DNA from: Candidatus Hadarchaeota archaeon | Lineage (GTDB): Archaea; Hadarchaeota; Hadarchaeia; Hadarchaeales; JAGGTB01 | DNA length: 56,952 bases | Direction: 5' to 3' | Assembly: GCA_964608515.1 (NCBI GenBank) | Contig: CAZSNS010000003.1 | Location: 11,360-68,311 of the forward strand | Part shown: one piece after another, positions 40,002 through 52,000 of the stretch | How the letters are laid out: every line of letters begins with the position of its first letter | Numbering within the stretch: position 1 is the stretch's first letter | Translations under genes and position numbers: made by a program | Notes under the pieces: model-generated | What the model was told of the DNA's origin: nothing | The model's database searches: none | The model's input: only the letters and a program-made list of their open reading frames with translations

Positions 40002-43000
40002 ATGCCCAACTCAGATGGGGAAACCCCAGTTAATCAGTCGGTTAGGCAAAACGCTTACCCCAGCCAGGAGAATGTCTTTTTCTCCGTAATTATAATCATT
40101 TTATTCTCAATATCAGGTTCCATAGGTTTTCTTTTCTTTTCCCATGCTGGGCTGGGCGGACTGGACCGTGGAAACCCGACCCAAAGTGACTATCTCGAAG
40201 ACGAGACCAATGAGATCGGTGCAGGTGTGGAGAACGTTGGAGACCCGACTTTGTTAGATATGTTCGGTGTTTTCGTAGATCATATGACAGGTGGCTCGCT
40301 TGGAGCTGGATCTGAATTTGGAAAAGATTTAGATATACAAGTGGAAGAACATCTCATTGCTGGAAACCCTGGGCCACCTGTTCTACAAATAGGACGAATG
40401 AATCAGGATTCTAGCTCCCCTCTCTCTGGGGGTTTGAGGGCGGAGCTGGATGGAGAGATTGAGGATTACTACCTTGGAAAGACTAGTACTGATCCTGATC
40501 CAGGTCCTGGTACAACTTTGATGGCTAATGGTAGCACTATGGGATTGTGCGATTTAACGGGACTTTGGGAAGGTTCCTATATGGGAATAAGTGGAAGTGG
40601 TCCTTCTCCTGTGGGTGATGGTACCAGCTACGATACCCTCACCCTTGGCCCCTTAGGCCATATCAATTTTCATAGCGGTCAATTAGGTGTCAACGTTGAA
40701 GACCCAATGAAGCTGCAATGGTTCACCCACATAACGCTAGACAGTTTAGTAATAGAAGGATTAGGCTACCCACTAGGACAAATAGATTCCAGACTTATCG
40801 ACAGCTCATGGCCAGCAGACAATGACTCTGGAGGAATGCTCGGCACCATGATTTTAGAAAGAGCTGAAATCAACTACCTAAATATTCACCTTCAAGAAGA
40901 TTTCGGCATGAGCATGATGGGTCAAAAATTCAACTTCGACGAACTAGAAATGGAATCCAACAACCTACTAGTAAAACACATGGGACCCGAACCCGGTGTT
41001 AACTGGGGGGACCCTCCAGAAGTTTCACACCCGGCAGCTTTCGGCCCAATGAAAATAGAAATCGTGGACGTAGGCCAATTAGACTTGAAACATTTGAGGA
41101 ACTTCAACGTCGACATTTCTGAAGTCGGAGTAGGTCTAGACGATTTGAGTTTGAATATGGACACCCTAAATATTAGAAATATATGGTCCGAAAGCATGGA
41201 GTTTGAAAAATTTGACATGAACAAACTAAACATAGGCCTACAAGGTTTAAACATAGACTCCGGAGCAAACGTTCCAATACCTCTCATGGGCACCCAAAAC
41301 AAACAACAAGTAGACCTTAAAAACCTTGACATGGGTTTGAACAACCTACAACTAAGAAATATGAGCGGACTCACAGCCATGGAAAGTGGCCACTTCGACT
41401 CATTTGTTATAGAAAATGTGAAAGATCTAAGAACAAAACTCCCGACCGAATTCACAGAAACTTGGAACGAAGAACAAGACTGGTTCAAAGGCACATCACA
41501 AAAAACTAGAGGTCCCAATGGCTCCCTCCGGCTAGACACAAATACTGTATGGGAAGGAGCATTGTGGTTTGATTCTGACGGAAGCAGCCTCACCACAACC
41601 CCACCCAACAATGAACAAACCGTACAATTTTACAGCGGGGATGGTTGGCCTCATAATTATGGTTGGCTCGATGAGGTTTATGTCTCTGGTGGATCGGATA
41701 TTCTCGTTGAGGAAGATGATAAATGGATAGCACAGTTGAAGGGACCCGGAGGTTTCTTTGATAAGGGCGTGACTTCAATGAGGGGAGAATATGCTCATAA
41801 GTGGACTTATCCTCATGAAGTTGAAATTGATCCTTCAGCTGGAGAGGATCTTGTAGTGGAGTACAAGGCGTCTGCGTCACTTCATGGAAAGACTAACTCA
41901 TCGAATACTTACAATTTCACACTAGACAGTTCCGATGTGCCTAGTGGCGCTCGGATTATCGAACCGACTTCATGGGATATCCACACTGAGCTTTATGGAA
42001 ATAATTATTCTGATATTACCATAACCGTATTGGGCATCGATTATGATACGGGTACTGGTGGAGGGTCTTGTGATCTTTATTGGAAATATGGGGATAAGGA
42101 TACGGCACCGTCGAGGATTGAAAATGTAAAATTTGCTTCCGGTTACTATGATAGTGGAACTCACACTTCAGAATGGCGAGATATGGGTGGAAACGTTGTT
42201 TGGGAAAATATACAAGTAAATGCCGGTATTCCAGCTGATACAAATGCTACAGCTGTAATTATTTCAAGTGAAGACGGAGCAAACTGGACCGATAGTAAAG
42301 CCATAGACTTACAAGACGGAAGTCATACCTATGACCTATCTGATTTAGAACCAGCTAAATACTTACGAATAGTGACCAACCTTTCAACTTCAGATCCCCT
42401 AAAAACCCCTAAGGTTCATGAATATAACGTGAATGCATCTACTAAACGGTGGGGTGGTCAATTAGCTCTTTATCTAGATAATCTTTCCGTTAATCTGACC
42501 AATCTGGATTTAGAAGAAATGAAAGGTATGAGTTGGGACAAACTCAACTGGGACGACTTGAATGCAGGTATAGACGATATTGATTTACTCTCTGCTTATA
42601 ACCAAAAAAACGTCTCTGGCTCTTTCAGCAGTTGGAAAGATCTCGACCAAGAAGATTGGATAAACTACTTAGAATCTAACTCTACACTCTCCTCAGGAGA
42701 CAGAGCAGCAGCAGTAATCAAAGTGGATAACAATACTGACCATACAACGATAACGGACACCACCGTCAGAGCACTAGACGGAGGAAAAGAAAGATTTGAT
42801 ATACAAGCAAAACCAGTACTTAATTTCGACGGCTCTGGTGATTATGGGGCAATTCAAGACCTACACTATGATACTGCGGGGGGAATATCGGAAATAACGG
42901 TAGGAGCATGGGTAAAAACGACCAGTTCGGACTATCAAATAATCTCATCTTATGATGCCAACGAATATTGGAGATTCGCCATAGGGAGTTCATGGGATGG

Positions 43001-46000
43001 AGCAGGAAGTAAGGGCTACCCAGCTTGGATAACGGCGAGCAATGGTGCAGGAAACCATAGCATGGTTGGAAACACGAAAGTCAATGATGGTGAATGGCAC
43101 CATTTAGTTGCAACTTATGATTCTTCCACTGGAGAGATGGGACTGTATGTGGATGGAAAATTAGATGCCACAGCAGAACCATATCCTGACGGAACAAACT
43201 TAGGAACGGGAACAACTAGATACGGATTCATTGGAACCGGGTCAGAAGCGTCCGGTTATAACGGTACTGTGGGTCCGAGTGAATGGATGAACGGATCACT
43301 CGATGATTTATATATTTACAACAATGCGCTTACAGAAAACGAAATCCAATCCATTTACAACAAAGACAAGTACATTCAAAACAATTTAGTTGGATATTGG
43401 CCTTTGGATGAGAGTCAAGGCGATAGGGCTTATGATTTATCCGGAAACAATAATCGGGGAGTCCTTCAAGGAGATCCAGAATGGGGGATAAGGGATAAAC
43501 CGAGTCTAAAAGACCATCAATACTATAAAGTCGACACGAAGGAGGATTGGTGGGATGTTGACCGTTATTTGTTATTTTCCGGGAAAGGGTCTCTTAGAAT
43601 AAATAATCTCGACATAAAACTTCCAAATGTGAGAGTTAATGACCCTGGAAAAGTGTTGACTTCTTGGAAAAGCCTAACTTCGGATAACGCTGTGATAGAA
43701 GTTCAAGACATACAAGCAGACACTCGAGGAATCGAATACAATATGAACGACCTCCTCGCCAACTGGACCGGTTTCAAATCCTCAGTTGACCGAGTCGGTT
43801 TAGGACCAGTTGTGAGCTGGGCTGTGGGTTCTGAATCCGAATGGGAAAAAGGTGTTATGGATAATGTGGAAGCGGATTCGCCAGAAGGCGAGTTAGAACT
43901 CGGATATCGCGACGGAGATTCAAAAGAGGGTCTTACCAGTTATTGGAGGTTCGACAAGGAAGAAGGAAGTGTGAAGGATTACTCAGGAGAAGGTAATAAC
44001 GGAACAAACTACGGTGCATCAAGAGGAGAAGTAGGAATTCTCGGTAGCGACGCTTTCTACTTTAACGGTTCAAATGATGATTATGTTCAAAGCACAGACT
44101 CAGTTCCCGTTCCTAGTAACGGTGCAATATCAGTTTGGATAAACGGTGAAATGGGCTCTCAAGTCAGTCAAAATATCTATCCCGCAGGATTTTATAAAGT
44201 ATGTCTTTTAGGACCATCAAGTGGTTCAAGTGGTAGAAGTGGACTCATAGCTAGGAATAGTGGGAGCAATTATTATTGGGATTGGGGAGATCAGAACATT
44301 TACAACGGTCAATGGCATCACTATGTCGTTACGTGGGATTCTTCGAACATTTATCTTTATTTAGACGGTCAACAAATTGGAAGTCCAAAATCTCACAATA
44401 ATAACATACCTTTTGGGGATTATAGAACTATCAACGCAGGAACAGCTTGGTCCAACGGCGGATATGGCCCCCACACAGGAAAATTAGACGAATTTCAAAT
44501 ATATGATAGACATCTTTCAGGTCAAGAAATAAAAGATCTTTATAAGAATCAAAATGGTTCTTTCCAGTCAACAGTACATGACTACGACAGAAAAGTATCA
44601 TTTAACAGTTTAAAAACCTCTTCAGTGCTGAACCCTTCACTCAAATTTGATGGGACTAGTGATTATGTTGGAATTCCTAATGATGCGAGTTTAAATCCAA
44701 ATAGTATTACAGTATCTGCTTGGGTAAGTTTAGAAAATGTTGGAAGCGGGTATAATGGAATCGTTGACAAAAGGTACAATGAAACTTATGCTTTATATCA
44801 GGATTCCGGTGATAAGGAATTTAATTGGTACGTTACGACAACTGATACTTCGTCATCTCTCAGGGATATAAGTTTGAATTTGGATGAATTCCACCACATA
44901 GCAGGTACTTATGATAGTTCTACGGGAGAGATGAGAGTATATAAAGACGGTAACTTGATCAAATCCACTACTATAAGTGGAAATCTTGCAAGTAATACTG
45001 CAAATCTTTATATAGGACTCCGGAAATCAACGGGGGATGTTTGGGATGGTCAAATAGATGATGTTCGAATCTATAATCGCGCCCTATCTCAAACCGAAGT
45101 TGAAGACCTTCACGAAAATCAACACATAACTAACGGACTCGTCGGTCATTGGCCATTCGATGAGGGTGGGGGTACAACAGCTTATGACGAGGCTTCTAAC
45201 AGCAATAATAATGGATATATTCATGGTCCTACTTGGAACTCGAATTCTTGGAATCCTAACACCGCAATCTCTGCACAAGTGGAGGTTTCGGACGATCCGA
45301 ATCTTAATTTCGATGGTTCGAATGATTATGTAGAAGTTCCAGATGAGGATTCTCTGGATATTACTGACAGGATAACTATTGCGGGATGGTTATATCTACG
45401 GAAAGATCCGGCACAGTGGAAAGGAATTGCGATGAAAGGAGGTTTCGACCCATATGGCGTATTGCTAGAAAGCGACTCAAGAGGACTTTCAGGTTCCGTC
45501 AACATCAGAGGTCAAAGACAGAAGCTGGACTCAAACTATGACCCTTCTAATATGGTTGGAAAATGGACACATTTCGTTTATACTTATGACGCTGGTTCAG
45601 GAGAAGCTCGAATTTATGTGGACAACCAACAAAGAAACAGTAGTAATTCTTTCGAAACAGGATCGATAGACATAGACCAAGACCCCCTAATCATCGGTGC
45701 CGAAGACGCTAACGGAAATCGGAGTTTTCCCGGAAAAATAGACGACCTTAAAATATATAGACGAACTCTAAACGAAAACGAAGTTTCCGACCTATACGAA
45801 AACAAACCAGTCCCACAAGGTCTTGTGGCCTCATGGTCATTCCAAAATGGTGTTGGAACCCGAACTGCAAAGGATGGGTCTGATTTCTCCCACGATGGAA
45901 CAATCCACGGCGCGAAATGGGACATGATAGTCAAAGGAACCAAAAATATTCCCGCTAGTGAAATACATGGCGGAACCGAATCTCACGGTCTTGGAGGTCT

Positions 46001-49000
46001 TCCAGAAGCCCAGTATGGAAGAGTTAAATTCGACCTCTCTAGCAATAGTATTGAAAAGTCACCCTCAATCCGAAAATTCTCCACCGATGTGAGTGCCGGA
46101 ATTATGGCGCAATGGGAGAGATTAGCCCTAACTGGAAAGGAATTACACTTTGAATTTAAAGATGATCTATTTGTAGAAAATCTAGGTCTTGAAGAGTTGG
46201 AATTAGGCCCGGTGAGTTTGGATAATTTAGAGATGGAAAGTTTAGGTTATGATTCAAACTGGATGTATGGAACTCTTGAAAACGGTGGAGTGGTTTCTGA
46301 TGATATGAAGATAAAAGGATTATTCGATATTCTCGGACCCTCGGCAAGGTTTGATAATTTCATCCTCCATCGAGATAATTTCCACGCTTTTGCGAACACA
46401 TTTTCCGCTAGAGGATTAAAATTCCGAGGAGAAAACGTGTTAGATAACTTTACAGCCAGAAACTTTGATTTCGTTTGGGAAAATTTCCATTACCAACTTG
46501 AAAAATTCAAGAAAGAAACATTCGACGCATCGGATTGGAAAGTGTCCTCTACAGAAGAATGGGATGCGGGGAATAAAGCTGACACACGAGCAGTGAGAGA
46601 TAGCCTACGGCTGGATACCAAGACAAAACATGCGGAGTGGAGATCAACTTCTGATTGGGAATCCGGATCAGGTAATAAGTACTATGTAAGATATGGGGAG
46701 TTAGGAATCGGATTCTACGACGACTTTGAAGATGGTTTATCCAACTGGAGTCCTCTCGGCGGAAGCAGCTGGACTACCACCTCCGAGGGTGAACTGAAAG
46801 CTACAAATGGAGGAGTGATAGTTTATGATGATCCGAATGTTGATTCAAGCTCTCTAGCTGATTCTACAATTAAAACTAGGACGGAAATGAAGGGAGGAAA
46901 CACCGGTATAGCCACGAGAGTCGAAGACTCTAGTAATTTTTACACACTCTATCTAGATAACGGCGGGAATATAGCTCGTCTAAGAGAGCGCTCTGGAGGG
47001 TCGTGGCAGTGGACACGGTCCGAAAGTGCCAATTACTATGAAAATACACTCTATCCTTTGAAGTTCGTAGCAAAAGGGAACAGTTTGGTCAGTAAAGAGG
47101 AGTCTAACGGTGTATTTCTTAATAACAGCGACTCAACCCATTCGAGCGGATACGTCGGTGTATATACTCCAAGTTCAGGAGCTTATTATGATGACTTTTG
47201 GCTACAGGGAGGGTACGGCTCCGCTACTTATAGGACGGAGTGGCGAGAGTTTGATAATGATGCGGCGCTTAAGACTCTCTCTGCAGATACGGTAATTAGT
47301 CCGAATCAGGGCATTACCGCTACAGTTCAGGTTTCTTCTGACGGTTCGACGGTAGCAGATTCCGTGGATAGGGTTTTGAGGAATGGTAAGAATTACTATG
47401 ATATTTCCGGATTGGCTGATGACTATCCATATGTGAGAGTCGTGTTGGACTTGAACACCAGCGATACTACTCTTTCACCGAGGGTTAAAAGCATTGGAGT
47501 TACTGAGAAGTCCGCTGAAACGTGGAAGGATCGAAACGAGTGGGCTGCAGGAAGGTTCGGTTTAGGGTCTACCCCATTCCATGAGCCTGGAAAAGAGTTG
47601 CTCTGGTCAGCTACGTCAGACTGGCGAAAAGGGTATACAGAGACGTTTGAAGATGGAGATGTCTCGGATTGGAATTTCATTTATAATGACAGTGATCCCC
47701 AGACGGGTCTTACTGACAGTCACTGTAAGGGTAGGTATGGGTTGAGAGTTGATGGGGACGATATTGCGGTATCTCCCAAGCTGGATCTCTCAGGGATGAG
47801 CGATGTAAGTATTACTGCTTATATGGATGTTTGGAGTATGGACGATGCCAGCGAGGATGGACATTTGGACTTTTATGATGGGGGTAGTTGGCACACGATT
47901 AATTCCTACCACAATGAAGACGGCAAATTCACTTACGACATTCCAGATGATTGGCTAAGCCCCAATAATAAGATAAGACTTCGCCTTGTCGGCGGGAACG
48001 GTGGAGGAGACCACGGAGTCGTTGACGAAATTTATATAAACTCCTTACATGGATTGACTGCTTTCGGTGGAAAACTAGAGTTAAAACAACTTGTACCCGA
48101 ACCGAAATTCGACGGTTGGGATTGGGACTTTTGGGACTCCGAATCTGGGGACTTAGATGAAGGTTATGCAAGTTATAGAGGATCCGGCGACAGTAGACAT
48201 GCCGAATTTCATGCAAGGACATCGACTGGTACTTGTTGGTGGCCTCCTACCGGTTGTGATAGCAGCGGTTCTCACCAAGGTTACGCTCAAGACTCTTTCT
48301 ACGTAGAGGACGCTTCTTTGGATAAGGAATTGAAATTCTGGTACGATGGTAGTGGGGGTGGTGACGGCGTGCCTACTCTTAGGATTAAGATCAATGATCA
48401 GCAAAGTTCCGGTTGGGGTTCACCCACCTATTCTAATGCTGTATCAGGTTCGGGTTCGGGCACTGTTACTTGGGATGTTACGAGCGCCTTTTCGTCACCA
48501 GGTAGGTATTATGTTCGGATTCGTACTGATATTAGCGTAGCAGCGTCGACTGGGTGGTTTGGTAGCGATTCTGATGAGTTCACATGGCAGGTGGATGACC
48601 TTTACATTTCTTATACGGAAGGAAAACACGTAACAGCTTGGCAGGATATGGGAGCTACTGTCGATTGGAATTATCTTAACTACCAAACCTCGATAGCTGG
48701 CGGAGAGGGTATAAATACAACGATAGAGGTAGATGATGACTCCAGACATCTTTCCGGAGTGTCATCAACTAAGCTAGGATTAGCTGACGGTTCATACGAG
48801 GAAGATCTCTCCAAACTCAAAGACGGAAAATATATAAGAATGATATCCAAGCTTTCTTCTTCTAATACACCAAATTCACCTACTCTCAGTAGGTATGAAA
48901 TCACATACGACACGCCCGAAGTCACGTCTTTAAAATCTCAAGACCTAATTGGTTTCTGGAAGTTCGAAAGCCCCGACGATGAAAAAGTTTTCGACGAAAC

Positions 49001-52000
49001 AGACTACAAAAATAATGGTAAGATTCGACACGAAATAGAATTGACCAGCAATTCAGAATGGTCACCTACCATTTTCTCATTTGACTATAATTCGGATACA
49101 GGTTCAAGCTCCCACGCCCATATAAGAAATAGCAAAGTTTCACTTGGAATTTATCCCCCAGAGCCCAGATTTGATGGATCGAATTGGGATTTCTCGGGCA
49201 GCACCACCGATTCATACGGGTACTCTGGGAATCGAGGACATTGGAGTTCAAGCCTGTCGGGAGGAGACCCGTGTCATCCTGTAGATAAAAGTACAAGCGA
49301 TGACGGTTACGCAGAGGATAGTTTCTATGTCGATGTTGATGATGTCGGTGATGAGACTATATCTTTTGACTGGGAAGCAAACATATGGAATAATGATGGG
49401 GATGACAGTGCTTCAGGTAGTCTAACGGTTGAACTTATAGATCCGGGCGGTAGCGTAATAGCTTCTGGTAGTACCGGAACAAAATCCAGCGACGGTACTG
49501 GAACTGTGACATTTAACGTTAGTTCTTCGGATTGGTCAGGTTCTGGAACCTATACAATACGAGCCCACGCGCATATAGACTTATCACTCCACGTTAACAC
49601 CGGTAATAATGACTCAGTAGGAATGGAGTGGTACGTTGACGGTGTTTGGCTAGGATTTGACTCCGGATGGCACGAAACACCATGGACGGACATGGGAGAG
49701 GACACGCCTCTGGGTGGTTTAGAAGCAAAAGCCAACATTGGTAGTGGGGATTCGATAAGTGCAACAATATATACCGACCCTGATTCCGATCACTCTAATG
49801 GAAACGAATCTTCGGTAAACGTAAACCTTTCTAACGGGACAAGTTGGCATGATATCTCGTCCTTAGCCTCCGGTCGGTACGTGAAAGTCAGGACGGATTT
49901 GTCGACCGATCGGAATTGGAGTAACGTTTCAGAGGTGGATTATTATGACATTTATACAGAAAAACCCTCTTATGAACATTGTTACGTGAGGAATAATAGT
50001 GTAGGGATTGGGGTCTACCCGGCAGAACCCGAGTTCGACAGTAATAATTGGACTTTTGGACAGAGTGGAAGTAGTGGGACCGCTAAGTATAGGAATGAAA
50101 AGGCTTACTTTTATTCAGGTGTCGGTTGCGATGCTACTGTAGGGTCGTGTAGTGACTCAAAAAATTGGTATGGTTATTCGGAAGACCAGTTCTATATCGA
50201 TACTCTGGGTATGAAAAACACTCAAACTCTAACTTACGACTGGGATGTGGACTCCAATACTCATGGGGATGGAGACGCTAATATTAATCAATCTAAACTC
50301 TGGATTTATCTTGAAACCCCCAGTGGTACTACGCATCTTCTAGACTCAGTAGATACGAACAATGGCTCCCAGAATGATAGATCTGTGAACATACCTGACT
50401 CGTATTGGGAAGTTTCCGGTCAGTACAAGATTCGAATGAGAGTAAGAATAGACACCGACGTAGATGTAGGCTTGCTTGAAACGAATGCTGCTGCTGAAAG
50501 TAGATGGTATGTGGACGATCTTAGAATCGGTTTCACTTCCGGTCAGCATGATACCGCTTGGAGAGACTTGGGTGAAACCACTGAACTAACTGATCTCAGA
50601 GCGGACGCTACCATTACACCTGGGCAATCAATTGATGCAACGGTGACAGTTGATTCCGATTCCGATCACAGCACTGTAGATGGTTCGACCACTGTAAGTC
50701 TAAGTGATGGGGATCATTTATTCGATATAAGCTCTCTTCCCTCCGCCCGATACGTACAAATCCAGACAAACTTCACAGCCAATTACCAGTACCCGAATAA
50801 GGCAGAGCTCCACTCCTATCAACTTATGGGTAATCCAGCTGGAGATAAGAAAAAATCAGGAAAATACGGCAATGCTATTGAACTTGACGGGGTTAACGAC
50901 TTCGTAAGGATTCCAGACGATGCCAGTCTTGACGTCACTAGCGAAGTCACCGTTTCCACCTGGATGAATATAGACAGTTATCCCAGTTCAGATAGTGCTA
51001 TTCCGTTAACTCACGGAGATTACGACGATTCTTGGTGGCTTGAACTCTACTCCGGCGGAGAATTAAGATTTTATGTAAATACAAATAACGGTCTCCGGAA
51101 AGCAATAATCAACAACGTATCCAGAAACCAGTGGGTTCACATAACCGGAACATATGACAAAGAATCAGGCCAGATAAGCGTTTATAAAAACGGTAAAATC
51201 CAAGATACGGTAGCACATTCCGGTCCTATAAAAACAACCTCAGCCCCTCTATATATGGGTAAAGGATTCGGATCAGGCTATGGTTCCAAATACTACGACG
51301 GTAAACTAGACGAAGTAGAAGTCTACAAAAGAGCACTAGCCGAAAGTGAAATCTCAGAAAAATGGGGCTTCTACACACACTGGCCATTCGAAGGAAAAGG
51401 AACGGGCAGAGCGTTCGACGCCCAAGGCAAATATGACGGAACAACCTCCGGAGGAGTTTCTTGGGTAAATGGCGGAGTTCATGGAAAGGCGTTAAAATTC
51501 GACGGGTCTGACGATTATGTGGCTGTTGATGATTTGGTTTATGACTCAACTGGAGCTATCGGTGAAATAACTGTTGCAGGATGGATTAAAACCAGTTCAA
51601 CCGATGATCAAGTAATAGCTTCATGGGACAGGGATGAATATTGGAGCCTCAACGTTGGAAGAAAGAGCTCAAACAACGAAATTACTTGGAGCACCACTAG
51701 CTCAGATGGAACAACCCATGATATGATCGGAAACACAGACGTGGATGATGATACATGGCACTTCGTGGCTGCCACCTACAGTGCTGTGACAGGCAAGAAA
51801 AAGATTTACGTGGACGGTGAATTAGATGCAGTTACACAACCTTATTCACCCGGAATACAGTTAGGAAAAGGAGAAGAAACGAGATACGGATTCATCGGTG
51901 AAGGATCTGAAGCTTCTAACTTTGACGGCGGTCGAAACAACAGTCTTTACTTTAACGGTTCCATAGACGAGTTAATGTTATTCTCTAAGGCTTTGAATTC

